A stretch of DNA of 44,067 nt from Jatrophihabitans sp. (lineage in GTDB: Bacteria > Actinomycetota > Actinomycetes > Mycobacteriales > Jatrophihabitantaceae). The position numbers and the translations under genes are program-made. Below, in pieces: positions 28,795 to 38,143 of the stretch. Positions within the stretch are counted from its first letter, which is position 1. Each line of letters opens with the position of its first letter. The stretch lies in the NCBI GenBank assembly GCA_036264855.1, contig DATAQD010000199.1, positions 1-44,067 of the forward strand. The letters run 5' to 3'. The notes below the pieces were generated by a model, which had not been told where the DNA came from, made no database searches, and worked only from the letters and a program-made list of their open reading frames with translations.

Positions 28795-29895
28795 TCAGGA
28801 GGTTTGGTTCGCGCTGCGGCGCCAGCGGATGCCGGCTTCGATGAAGCCGTCGATCTCGCCGTCCAGGACGCCTTGCGGGTTGCCGACCTCGAAGTCGGTG
28901 CGCAGGTCCTTGACCATCTGATACGGGTGCAGGACGTAGCTGCGCATCTGGTTGCCCCACGAGTTGCCGGAGTCCTTGAGCGCGTCCATGGTGGCCTGCT
29001 GCTCCTGGCGGCGCCGCTCGAGCAGCTTGGCCTGCAGTACGGCCATCGCCGATGCGCGGTTCTGGATCTGGCTGCGCTCGTTCTGGCAGCTGACGACGAT
29101 GCCGGTCGGCAGGTGGGTGATCCGCACCGCCGAGTCGGTCGTGTTGACGCCCTGCCCGCCCGGGCCGCTGGAGCGGTACACGTCGACCCGGATGTCGTCG
29201 TCCGGGATCTCGACGTGATCGGACGACTCGACGACCGGCAGCACCTCGACCCCGACGAAGCTGGTCTGCCGGCGCCCCTGGTTGTCGAACGGGCTGATCC
29301 GGACGAGCCGGTGCGTGCCCTGCTCGACGCTGAGCGTGCCGTAGGCGTACGGCGCCTTGACCTGGAAGGTGGCCGACTTGATCCCGGCTTCCTCGGCGTA
29401 GGACGTGTCGAGCACGTCGACCGGGTAGTTGTGCCGCTCGGCCCAGCGCAGGTACATCCGCATCAGCATCTCGGCGAAGTCGGCGGCGTCCACCCCGCCC
29501 GCTTCGGAGCGGATCGTGACCAGCGCTTCGCGGGCGTCGTACGGGCCGGACAACAGGGTGCGCACTTCGAGTTCGTCGATCGCGCGGCGCAGGCCGGCGA
29601 CCTCGCCCTCGGCCTCGGCGCGCGAGTCCGCGTCGTCCATCTCTTCGGCGAGGTCCCACAGCGTCTGCGCGTCGTCGAGGCGACGCCGCAGGTCCTCGAC
29701 GCGGCGGACCTCGCCCTGGACGAAGGAGAGCCGGGACGTCACCTTCTGGGCGTTCTCGGGGTCGTCCCACAAGTTCGGGACGGAGGCCTGGGCCTCGAGC
29801 TGGGCGACTTCACGGTGCAGCGCGTCGACGTCCACGACCGCCTCGATGCTGGCGAGTGTCGCGGAAAGTTCCTTCAATTCGGCGGGGACGTCCAC
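28795..29895 (-). CDS. prfB: Peptide chain release factor 2
   Basis: SPF tripeptide and [15 protein letters not shown]; single uninterrupted frame. Confidence 0.97.
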   Translation of the reverse strand: MDVPAELKELSATLASIEAVVDVDALHREVAQLEAQASVPNLWDDPENAQKVTSRLSFVQGEVRRVEDLRRRLDDAQTLWDLAEEMDDADSRAEAEGEVAGLRRAIDELEVRTLLSGPYDAREALVTIRSEAGGVDAADFAEMLMRMYLRWAERHNYPVDVLDTSYAEEAGIKSATFQVKAPYAYGTLSVEQGTHRLVRISPFDNQGRRQTSFVGVEVLPVVESSDHVEIPDDDIRVDVYRSSGPGGQGVNTTDSAVRITHLPTGIVVSCQNERSQIQNRASAMAVLQAKLLERRRQEQQATMDALKDSGNSWGNQMRSYVLHPYQMVKDLRTDFEVGNPQGVLDGEIDGFIEAGIRWRRSANQTS

Positions 29896-29977
29896 GACGG
29901 TCGAGGGTACGCGGTCCCGACCCCGGCCCGGACCGGCGTCAGCGTCGCCGCCGGGCCGTTCGGCGAGGCTGACCGGG

Positions 29978-30382
29978 TCACAGGCGGTCGAGGAGGGACT
30001 TGGGCGCCACCTGCCGATAGGCGTCGCGGACAAGCTCGTCGACCTCGGCCCAGTCCGGCTCGGCCAGCCCGGCGGCTTGCAGCCGAACGCCGAGCCAGCC
30101 CCGATGCCCGACATAGGGCGGCCGGAAGAAGCGCCGCGCATCCTCGGCGATCAGTTCCTCCTGGACGCCGGGCGGCGCCGCGCACCAGAACCCCACGTGC
30201 TCGGCGCCGTGGTGATGGGTGTCGAGCATGACGAACAGCGCCTTGCCGCGGACGAAGAAACAGGGCTCGCCGTGGCTGGGCCGCTCGGCCGCCTCGGGCA
30301 GGGCCAGGCACAGCGCCCGCAGCCGCTCGACCGGATCGGCGGGGGCCGGTGTGGCCCGCCGCCGGGGTGTGGGTTCGGGCAT
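29978..30382 (-). CDS. MmcQ/YjbR family protein
   Basis: [21 protein letters not shown]...[17 protein letters not shown]...DAYRQVAP. Confidence 0.85.
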   Translation of the reverse strand: MPEPTPRRRATPAPADPVERLRALCLALPEAAERPSHGEPCFFVRGKALFVMLDTHHHGAEHVGFWCAAPPGVQEELIAEDARRFFRPPYVGHRGWLGVRLQAAGLAEPDWAEVDELVRDAYRQVAPKSLLDRL

Positions 30383-30662
30383 GGGCCGGTTTGCCTCTTC
30401 GCGAGAGCGGGTAGGGCATTGTCGTGGCTGATCTGATCTTTGCACTAGTCCTCCTGCTGGTCGCTGCTGCCGCCGCGGAGCTGGTCCGCGGGACCTGCCG
30501 CCGTCAGCTGCTCACTCCCCTCGCCGACCGCACCGTTCCCACCGGCACCTCTGGCACCGTGGCGAAGGCCGCCGCGGGCGCCGTCCGTCAGCGGTAGGGT
30601 TTGGCCGGTCCCGCGGCGTAGGGCATTCGTCCTCGGGCGCTGCGTTCTGCCACGCTGAAGCC

Positions 30663-31475
30663 GTGCGCATCGCCACGTGGAACGTGAACTCGGTCGTTGC
30701 CCGGCTGCCCCGCGTCGTCGACTGGCTGGGCGTCGTCGAACCGGACGTCCTGTGCCTGCAGGAACTCAAGACCAGCGCCGACGCCTTTCCCTCCGACGAG
30801 ATCAACGAACTCGGGTACGAGGTCGCCGCGCACGGGACCGGACGCTGGAACGGCGTCGCCATCCTGTCGCGGGTCGGCGTCGAGGACGTGCGCCGCGGCC
30901 TCGACGACGAGCCCGGCTACCTGCCCGAGGACGCGATGCTCGAAGCCCACGAGCCGCGGGCGATCGGCGCGACGTGCGACGGGGTGCGCGTCTGGTCGGT
31001 GTACGTGCCCAACGGCCGCGAGGTCGGCCACTCCCACTACGAGTACAAGCTGCAGTGGTTGGCGGCGTTGCGGGGCACGGTCGCCGGCGAGCTGACCGGC
31101 GACCGTCCGTTCGTCGTCATGGGCGACTTCAACATCGCACCGACCGACGCCGACGTGTGGGACCCGGCCGCCTTCGCCAACCTCACCCACGTGACGCCTC
31201 CGGAGCGGGCCGCGCTCGCCGCGCTGCGTGACCTCGGGCTGAAGGACGTGGTCCCGCGCGGGCTCAAGTACGACACCCCGTACACGTACTGGGACTACCG
31301 GGCCGGCATGTTCCACAAGAACCAGGGCATGCGCATCGACCTGGTGTACGCGAGCGCGGCGATCGCCTCGGCCGTCGGCGACGCGTATGTGGACCGCGAG
31401 GCGCGTAAGGGGAAGGGACCGTCCGACCACGCCCCCGTGGTCGTCGACTTCGCCCGGCCGGAGTCACGCCGATGA
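30663..31475 (+). CDS. xth: Exodeoxyribonuclease III
   Basis: ATWNVNS, LQELK, YVPNG, GDFNIAP, RID, SDHAPV. Confidence 0.95.
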   Translation: MRIATWNVNSVVARLPRVVDWLGVVEPDVLCLQELKTSADAFPSDEINELGYEVAAHGTGRWNGVAILSRVGVEDVRRGLDDEPGYLPEDAMLEAHEPRAIGATCDGVRVWSVYVPNGREVGHSHYEYKLQWLAALRGTVAGELTGDRPFVVMGDFNIAPTDADVWDPAAFANLTHVTPPERAALAALRDLGLKDVVPRGLKYDTPYTYWDYRAGMFHKNQGMRIDLVYASAAIASAVGDAYVDREARKGKGPSDHAPVVVDFARPESRR

Positions 31476-32404
31476 AGGTCTTCGTCGCCGGGGCCACCGG
31501 GGTGCTGGGCCGGCCGCTCGTCCCGGCGCTCGTGCGGGCCGGACACGAGGTGACGGGCACGACGCGGTCGCCGGCGCGGACGGGGGCCATCGAGGCGGCC
31601 GGGGCAACCGCCGTCGTATGTGACGCGCTCGATCGCGACGCGGTCCATCGAGCCGTCGCGGCCGCCGCGCCGGAGGTCGTGATCCACCAGCTGACCGCGC
31701 TGCCGGATCGGTTCGCCCGGCTGCGCAAGGGTTCACCGGAGACCAACCGGTTGCGGACCGAGGGCACCCGTCACCTCGTGGACGCCGCGCTGTCGGTCGG
31801 CGCGCGGCGAGTGATCGCGGAGAGCATCGCGTTCCTGTACGAGCCGTCCGGGCCGAGGATCGCGGACGAACAGTCGCCGGTGTGGCAGGACGCTCCCGAT
31901 CCGTTCGGCACGATGATCGGCGCGCTGCGTGAGCTCGAGCGGATCGTCACGGGGACCGAGGGAATTGACGGCGTGGTGCTGCGCTACGGCGCGCTCTACG
32001 GCCCGGGCACCTGGTACGCGCCCGACGGCGACGTGACAGCGCAGGTGCGCAAGCGGCGCTTGCCGATCGTCGGCAGCGGCGAGGGACTGACCTCGTTCGT
32101 GCACGTCGATGACGCCGCCGCGGCCACGGTGGGCGCGGTCGTGCGGGGCGCGCCCGGCGTCTACAACATCGTCGACGACGAACCGGTGAGCTATCGCGAG
32201 CAGCTGCCCGCGTTCGCCGAGCTGATCGGCGCCCCGGCGCCACGGCACCTGCCGGCGTGGCTGGTGCGGCTGCTCGCCGGAGGCGTCGCCGTGGCGAACT
32301 TGACCGCGCAGCGCGGCGCGTCCAACGCCAAGGCCAAGCATGAGCTCGGCTGGACGCTGCGGTACCCGACGTGGCGTGCGGGCTTCGCGGCCGAATTCGG
32401 CTGA
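31472..32404 (+). CDS. NAD-dependent epimerase/dehydratase family protein
   Basis: VAGATGVLG Rossmann motif, HQLT, LRYGALYGPG, SFVHVDDAA. Confidence 0.9.
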   Translation: MKVFVAGATGVLGRPLVPALVRAGHEVTGTTRSPARTGAIEAAGATAVVCDALDRDAVHRAVAAAAPEVVIHQLTALPDRFARLRKGSPETNRLRTEGTRHLVDAALSVGARRVIAESIAFLYEPSGPRIADEQSPVWQDAPDPFGTMIGALRELERIVTGTEGIDGVVLRYGALYGPGTWYAPDGDVTAQVRKRRLPIVGSGEGLTSFVHVDDAAAATVGAVVRGAPGVYNIVDDEPVSYREQLPAFAELIGAPAPRHLPAWLVRLLAGGVAVANLTAQRGASNAKAKHELGWTLRYPTWRAGFAAEFG

Positions 32405-32433
32405 GGCGGGCGCAACGCCGTCGCCTACGCGGC

Positions 32434-32493
32434 GCTAGGCGGCGCTGCGGGGGGCTAAGCGGCGCTGCGGGGGGCTAGGCGGCGCTGCGGGGC
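32434..32493. repeat. 20-bp tandem repeat, three copies (GCTAGGCGGCGCTGCGGGGG)
   Basis: Units start at 32434, 32454 and 32474 between convergent genes. Confidence 0.85.
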
Positions 32494-32524
32494 GCCGCCG
32501 GGCGCAACCCGGCCCCACCCGTCG

Positions 32525-33268
32525 CTACGCGGCGCGCTCGCGGGCGACCGCGACGGCGGCGGCGATCGGTCCGCGGTGGACGGCGCCGTGACCGGGCAGG
32601 ATCACGTCGGCGGCCACGTTCTCGAGCGCGGCGAGGGCCCGCCGCGTTTCGGCCCGATGGCCGAACATCGGCGCAATCAGCTGCGGGCCCTGGATCCGGG
32701 ACACGGCATGGCCGGTGATGAGGGCGTCGCCGGTGACGACCACGCCGACTGCGGGCAGGTGGTACGCGCTGTGTCCGGACGTGTGCCCGTGGGTGGCGAT
32801 CGGCACCGGTCCGCCGGGCAGGTCCAGCGCGCTGTCGTTCGGGAAGGGCTGGGCCTGGGGCACGACGACCTTGTTCGCGGCTCCGACCCGCATGATCCGC
32901 ATCGACCAGGCGGCGACGCCGGGGCGCCAGATGTTCTTCACGATGTCCATCGGGCCGGCCTGCTCGAGGTAGTCCCGGCGCGCGTGGGCCACCTCGACCG
33001 GGTCCATGAACACCGGCGTCCCGTACCGCTCGTGGAAGTGGTTCAGCCCGCCGACGTGGTCGACGTGCGCGTGGGTGAGCAGGATGGCCCGGACGTCCTC
33101 AGGACGGCGGCCGATCGCGCGGATCGAGGCCTCGACCGCCGGGGTGTCGCCCGGGTAGCCGGAGTCGATCAGCGTGACGTCGGCGCCGTCACGTACCAGG
33201 ATCCAGTTGACCTCGGTGCCGCGGGCGAGAAAGACGTCGTCGGCCACTTCGGTGACGTGATCGGTCAT
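32525..33268 (-). CDS. MBL-fold metallo-hydrolase
   Basis: LTHAHVDHVGG, GHTSGH, TGDAL, PGHG. Confidence 0.92.
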   Translation of the reverse strand: MTDHVTEVADDVFLARGTEVNWILVRDGADVTLIDSGYPGDTPAVEASIRAIGRRPEDVRAILLTHAHVDHVGGLNHFHERYGTPVFMDPVEVAHARRDYLEQAGPMDIVKNIWRPGVAAWSMRIMRVGAANKVVVPQAQPFPNDSALDLPGGPVPIATHGHTSGHSAYHLPAVGVVVTGDALITGHAVSRIQGPQLIAPMFGHRAETRRALAALENVAADVILPGHGAVHRGPIAAAVAVARERAA

Positions 33269-33291
33269 CTCATCACAGTAGGGTCGCGGTC

Positions 33292-34323
33292 ATGCGCGCG
33301 CTGGTTTACGACGCGTTCGGCGAGCTGCCCGAGGTCCGCGACGTGCCGAAGCCGGCCTGCCCGCCGCACGGTGCGGTGATCCGGGTCGAGGCCACCGGGG
33401 TGTGCCGCAGCGACTGGCACGGCTGGCTGGGCCACGACCCGGACATCGTCCTGCCGCACACGCCCGGGCACGAGTTCGCGGGCATGGTCGCCGAGGTCGG
33501 CCCGGAGGTGCGGACGGCGGCGGTGGGGCAGCGGGTGACCGTGCCGTTCGTGTGCGGGTGCGGGTCGTGTGAGCAGTGCCGGGCCGGCGACGAGCAGGTG
33601 TGTCCGAACCAGACGCAGCCGGGGTTCACCCACGCCGGCTCGTTCGCGGAGTTCGTCGCGGTGCACCATGCCGACGTCAACCTCGTCCCGCTGCCGGACG
33701 CGATCGACAGCGTGACGGCGGCGTCCCTGGGTTGCCGGTTCGCGACGGCGTACCGCGCGGTCGTGGCGCACGGCGAGGTGGCGCCCGGGTCGTGGGTGGC
33801 GGTGCACGGGTGCGGCGGGGTGGGACTCGCCGCGGTCATGATCGCGGCCGCGCACGGGGCGCGGGTCGTCGCCGTGGACGTGGACCCGGCGGCCTTGGCG
33901 TTGGCTGCGGAGTTCGGTGCGGTGCACACGGTTGCTCCGCCGGCGGCCGACGAGATCGTCCGGCTCACCGGTGGCGGCGCGCACGTGAGCGTCGAGGCAC
34001 TGGGCCGCGCGTCGACGTTGGGTGACTCCATCGCGGGCCTGCGCCGCCGCGGCCGGCACGTCCAGGTCGGGCTGCTGCTCGCCGCCGACGCCGATCCTCC
34101 GGTCGACATGGCCGCGGTGATCGGGCGCGAGCTGGAGATCATCGGCAGCCACGGCATGGCGGCGCACGCCTACCCGCAGTTGCTGGCCGAGATCGCCGAC
34201 GGGCGGCTGCGGCCGGACCGTCTGGTGTCGCGGGTGATCGGACTCGAAGACGCGCCGGCGGCCCTCGCTGGCCTCGGATCCGGTGGCCGCGCCGGGGTGA
34301 CCGTGATCAGCCTGGACCGGTGA
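33292..34323 (+). CDS. Zinc-dependent alcohol dehydrogenase family protein
   Basis: CRSDWH, GHE, CGSCEQC...C, GCGGVG. Confidence 0.93.
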   Translation: MRALVYDAFGELPEVRDVPKPACPPHGAVIRVEATGVCRSDWHGWLGHDPDIVLPHTPGHEFAGMVAEVGPEVRTAAVGQRVTVPFVCGCGSCEQCRAGDEQVCPNQTQPGFTHAGSFAEFVAVHHADVNLVPLPDAIDSVTAASLGCRFATAYRAVVAHGEVAPGSWVAVHGCGGVGLAAVMIAAAHGARVVAVDVDPAALALAAEFGAVHTVAPPAADEIVRLTGGGAHVSVEALGRASTLGDSIAGLRRRGRHVQVGLLLAADADPPVDMAAVIGRELEIIGSHGMAAHAYPQLLAEIADGRLRPDRLVSRVIGLEDAPAALAGLGSGGRAGVTVISLDR

Positions 34324-34353
34324 CCGGACCGCTCGTGCCGGTTAGGGTGCGCT

Positions 34354-34575
34354 ATGGCGACCTGGGAGTACACCGAACTGGCCAGCTCCGGGTACGGCAC
34401 GGGCTACCACGCCGCGAGCCTGGCCCGGGCGGCGGCGGTGAACGACTACTACGTCCGGCTCAACGAGCTGGGCGCGCAGGGCTGGGAGCTCGTGGCCGAG
34501 ACCCGCTCCGTCGAGACGACCAAGGCAGAGGGCAACTACCTCATCTCGTCCACCCTCAAGCGCCAGGTGACCTGA
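34354..34575 (+). CDS. Small DUF4177-like protein
   Basis: MATWEY...LNELGAQGWELV...LKR pattern. Confidence 0.7.
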   Translation: MATWEYTELASSGYGTGYHAASLARAAAVNDYYVRLNELGAQGWELVAETRSVETTKAEGNYLISSTLKRQVT

Positions 34576-34625
34576 GCGCTCGCACGGCCCGGCCGCAGAG
34601 CTGAGCCTCGCGCCCGGGCACAAAA

Positions 34626-34729
34626 TGCTGTATCGCGCTGCTTTGCTCTGTGCTGTATCGCGCTGCTTTGCTCTGCTCACTCCGAGTGAGCACACGCTCC
34701 GTGCTGGTTAGCAGAGCAAAGCAGCGCGA
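34626..34729. repeat. REP-like compound palindrome with 25-bp tandem duplication
   Basis: TGCTGTATCGCGCTGCTTTGCTCTG twice (34626-34675); 34658-34677 is a perfect inverted repeat of 34710-34729; inner hairpin GCTCACT-ccg-AGTGAGC. Confidence 0.85.
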
Positions 34730-34820
34730 CAACGCCAGCGACCGCGACCGCGACCGCGCCGGCGACCGCTCCCGTCACCGTCGAGCGCGCCGACGCCTGC
34801 GGGAATCGCGACGGCGAGCG

Positions 34821-35252
34821 TCAGCCAACTACCGCGGCACGGGCCGAGGACGTCGCGGTGTGGCGGACGTGGGCGCGGCCGAAGAACCGGCCGAACGCGA
34901 GCGACATGGTCTGCGAGCAGGTGAGCGTGAGGCGGCGCCGGTCGGGCGAGAGCGCTGCAGTCACCTGAACACGGCGGCGCTGCGGGTCGCGCGCCAGATA
35001 CGCGCCGACCACCCGGTCCACGTCGACGAACTGCAGCGCGTCGCCGGCCGCGACCGCGCCGCTGCGGTCGAGATCGGCCGAACTGGCCGCCGCCGCCGCG
35101 GCCGCCCCGTCACACACGTCCTGCAGTCCACGCTGCTGCACGAACGCGTCGCCCAGCGCGATCGAGCCGGCCACCATCAGCAGCGCCAACAGGAAGAACC
35201 CGAGAATCATCGGGATCGTCGAGCCGCGGTCATCCTCCCAGCGCCGGCTCAC
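34821..35252 (-). CDS. TadG-like pseudopilin
   Basis: DDRG-STIPMILGFF hydrophobic N-terminus, [13 protein letters not shown]. Confidence 0.8.
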   Translation of the reverse strand: MSRRWEDDRGSTIPMILGFFLLALLMVAGSIALGDAFVQQRGLQDVCDGAAAAAAASSADLDRSGAVAAGDALQFVDVDRVVGAYLARDPQRRRVQVTAALSPDRRRLTLTCSQTMSLAFGRFFGRAHVRHTATSSARAAVVG

Positions 35253-35698
35253 CGACCGACCTCCCGGAAGTCGTCGACGTGCACCACGTAGGTCCCGGTC
35301 GTACGGATGCCTTGGCCGGTCAGGACGGAGGGCACCGCGGGCAGTTGGGCGCGCCGGGTGACGCAGACCGTGAACTCGGCGCCGGCCACCAGCCGCGGCG
35401 CGATCGCGGGGGCGTCGCAGCGCGCGCCCGATGCCACGAACCGGACCGAGGCGTCGTCGGGCAGCCCCTGGTCGGTGAGCGCGAGGCGGACGGCCGCCCG
35501 CACCCGCCGCTGCGCGTCCCCGGCCGTGTTGCTGGTGGCGAAGGCCCGCCCGGCGTCGCGGGCGGCCTGCGTGACGGCCAGTTGGTTGCGCTGCACGGTG
35601 GCCACCGCCGCGATCACGTAGACGAGCGGCACCATCACGATCACCGCGACGAAGACGAACTCGATGGTCGCGCTGCCACCGTCGTCGCTGCGCCTCAC
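35249..35698 (-). CDS. TadE-like pseudopilin
   Basis: DDGG-SATIEF prepilin site, AARDAGRA. Confidence 0.85.
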   Translation of the reverse strand: MRRSDDGGSATIEFVFVAVIVMVPLVYVIAAVATVQRNQLAVTQAARDAGRAFATSNTAGDAQRRVRAAVRLALTDQGLPDDASVRFVASGARCDAPAIAPRLVAGAEFTVCVTRRAQLPAVPSVLTGQGIRTTGTYVVHVDDFREVGR

Positions 35699-36117
35699 GG
35701 CCGTGCCTCACGCAGCACCGAGGAGGTCACGTCGATCGTCAACGGCAGGCCCAGCGGCAGGAACAACAACCGGATCCGACCCCGGCAGCGCACGGTCGTC
35801 ACGTCCAGCCCGGACACACCGTCGCGGGCCGCGACGCCGGTGCAGGTGATCGCCGTAGCGTCGGCATCGTCCAGTCCCTGCCGAATCAGTTGATCGGCCC
35901 GAGTGCCACCGTCGCGGGGATCGACGCCCTGCGCCGCCGCGTACCGGGCGGCGTCGGCGGCCGAGGCGGCGGCCACGTTGCGAGCGTAGAAGTAGATCGC
36001 CACCTGCAACACCCCGAGCAACAACATGATCAACAAGACCGAGATCATGACGAAGTCGACGACAGCGGCACCGGCGTCGTCGCAGCTGCGCCGCCGCGTT
36101 CCGCCCGGCTGGGGCAT
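35695..36117 (-). CDS. TadE-like pseudopilin
   Basis: DDAG-AAVVDF prepilin-like site, AADAARYAA. Confidence 0.85.
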   Translation of the reverse strand: MPQPGGTRRRSCDDAGAAVVDFVMISVLLIMLLLGVLQVAIYFYARNVAAASAADAARYAAAQGVDPRDGGTRADQLIRQGLDDADATAITCTGVAARDGVSGLDVTTVRCRGRIRLLFLPLGLPLTIDVTSSVLREARP

Positions 36118-36119
36118 GG

Positions 36120-36317
36120 CTACTTGCTGCTGGAGACCGAGTCGATGATGCCCGACAGGGCGGTCTTGATCTGCGGCTCGAAGATCCCGATGATCGCGAC
36201 GACGAGGATCGCCGTCATCACCGTCACCATCACCCAGCCCGGCACGTCACCCCGGTCGTCCCGAAGGCGGTCGCGCGCCGCCAGCAGCAACGTCGCCAGG
36301 TACGCGAACAGTTGCAT
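36120..36317 (-). CDS. Flp-type major pilin candidate
   Basis: DDRG-DVPGWVMVTVMTA hydrophobic helix; RBS GAGGAGG; lies between tadC and tadE. Confidence 0.8.
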   Translation of the reverse strand: MQLFAYLATLLLAARDRLRDDRGDVPGWVMVTVMTAILVVAIIGIFEPQIKTALSGIIDSVSSSK

Positions 36318-36337
36318 TTCGACCTCCTCGTCCTCCC

Positions 36338-37285
36338 TCAACGCGCCAGCGACGTGAGCGTCAGCAGGCCCGGGAACAACGCGAACAACACGGTGATCGG
36401 CAGGATCAAAAAGACCACCGGCACCATCATCGAGATCTCCTTGCGACCGCCGGCCTCGAGCAGCGCCCGCTTGCCGACCTCACGGACGTCGATGGCCTGG
36501 GCGCGCAGCACCTCGGCCAGCGGGGTGCCGCGCTCGATGGCTACGACCACGCCCTGCAGGAAGCGCGCGAAGGACTCCATGGTGGTCCGCTCGGCGAGTT
36601 CGGCCAGTGCTCTCGTCACCGGCGTTCCGGATCGGGCCCGGGCCAGCGCCCGGTCGAGGTCACCGGCCAGCTCGCCGCCGGTGAGCCGGCACACCCGCTC
36701 CAGCGCGTCGACCGGCGACTCGCCGGCCACCACCGCCAGGGCGAGCAGGTCGGCCACCACCGGGAACTCGGACAGCATCGCCGATTCACGCGACTCGAGC
36801 CGGCGGGTCAGCCACCAGTCGCGGCCGAGCACACCGCCCGCCAGTCCACCCAGCCCAGCCAGGATCACCAGCAGCGGATCGACGGCACCGTGCAGGAGCC
36901 CACCGATCAGGGCGACGACCGCCGCGAGCGCGGCACCGACCGCGCCCCACACGACCTGCTCGACGCGGAATTCCTCCACGCTCATCGGCGCGCCCAACCC
37001 GTTGAGCCGGCGCCGCACGGACCCGGACCCGCCCACGACCCGGTCCAGGAACGCGACCGCCTCGCCGAGGACCGGACCGAACAGCCGACGCGCCACCGCG
37101 AACGGCGCCGAGCTCGCGGACGGGCGGGCCAGCAGCTTCGACGGCGGCGGCGTGTCGCCGAGGTAGGGCGCGATGCGATCCGTGAGCCGCACCGCGCGCA
37201 TCGGCGGCGTCGCCCGGACCGCGACCACGATGCCGCTGGCGGCCACCAGTCCGAGCACTGCACCCGCGAGCCACAGCCCGGTCAT
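36338..37285 (-). CDS. TadC-like type II secretion system F family protein
   Basis: EFPVVADLLALAVVAGES...ERGTPLAEVLRAQA...MMVPVVFLILP. Confidence 0.9.
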   Translation of the reverse strand: MTGLWLAGAVLGLVAASGIVVAVRATPPMRAVRLTDRIAPYLGDTPPPSKLLARPSASSAPFAVARRLFGPVLGEAVAFLDRVVGGSGSVRRRLNGLGAPMSVEEFRVEQVVWGAVGAALAAVVALIGGLLHGAVDPLLVILAGLGGLAGGVLGRDWWLTRRLESRESAMLSEFPVVADLLALAVVAGESPVDALERVCRLTGGELAGDLDRALARARSGTPVTRALAELAERTTMESFARFLQGVVVAIERGTPLAEVLRAQAIDVREVGKRALLEAGGRKEISMMVPVVFLILPITVLFALFPGLLTLTSLAR

Positions 37286-38142
37286 CGCAGCACTCGCCGT
37301 TCCTCGGGCAGCCGCCCGATGTGCAGCATGAGCCGGTAGGCCACGACGCACACGGCGGCGCCGATGCCGAGCAGCAACGTGCCGCCCGGTGAGTCATACG
37401 GCTGCAGTGTCGTGGACTGCGTCCCCAGCAGGAGGAGTACGGCCCACGGCGCGGCCACGGCGAGCCGGGCCGCGTTGACGACCCAGCCCTGGCGAGTCTC
37501 GAGCTCGGAGCGGGTGCGGGCATCGGCGCGCAGCAGCTCGGACAGCGTCCGCAGCACGGTGCCGAGATCGCTGCCGCCGACCTCGCGGGCGACGCGCATC
37601 GTCTCGCTGACCCGATCTCCGACCGGGTCGGCGAGGTCGTCCTTCAAGGCGTCCAGGCACTCACCGAAGCGACCAGTCGCCCGGTACGCGGCGGCGAAAC
37701 GCGCGAACGGCGCGCGCAACTCGGCCGGGCCGCGAACCGCCAACGCCGCCAGACCTTCCGGCAGCGACATCCCGGCCCGCACGGCCGAGGCGAGGTTGTC
37801 GATCGCCTCGGGCCACACCTCGCGCAAGGCGGCCTGCCGGCGCCGGCGCATCCGGCGCACGATCACGGGCGGCAGGAAGAACGCGAACCCGCCGAAACAC
37901 GCGGCGATGCTGACGGTCTTGGTGATCGCGAGGACGACGGCGAGGGCCACCAGCGCGCACAGGACCTGCGCGCCGAGCAGTTGCGCCGGACCGACGCCGT
38001 CCACGCCGGCCTGCCGCAACACGTCGCGGCGCCGTTCGGCCCATCCAGGCGAGGCGGGCGCCCTACGCCGCGGAGCCCGCGGCCCGCTGCGCCAGATCAG
38101 CAACAGCCCGAGTCCGGCGATCAGTCCGAGCAGGGCCCCCAT
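37282..38142 (-). CDS. TadB-like type II secretion system F family protein
   Basis: WPEAIDNLASAVRAGMSLPE...AREVGGSDLG..LR. Confidence 0.9.
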   Translation of the reverse strand: MGALLGLIAGLGLLLIWRSGPRAPRRRAPASPGWAERRRDVLRQAGVDGVGPAQLLGAQVLCALVALAVVLAITKTVSIAACFGGFAFFLPPVIVRRMRRRRQAALREVWPEAIDNLASAVRAGMSLPEGLAALAVRGPAELRAPFARFAAAYRATGRFGECLDALKDDLADPVGDRVSETMRVAREVGGSDLGTVLRTLSELLRADARTRSELETRQGWVVNAARLAVAAPWAVLLLLGTQSTTLQPYDSPGGTLLLGIGAAVCVVAYRLMLHIGRLPEERRVLR

Positions 38143-38143
38143 G

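Noticed and set aside
28795-29895. Programmed +1 frameshift in prfB
   Set aside because: The frame is continuous with no CTT-TGA slip site, which is normal for actinobacteria.
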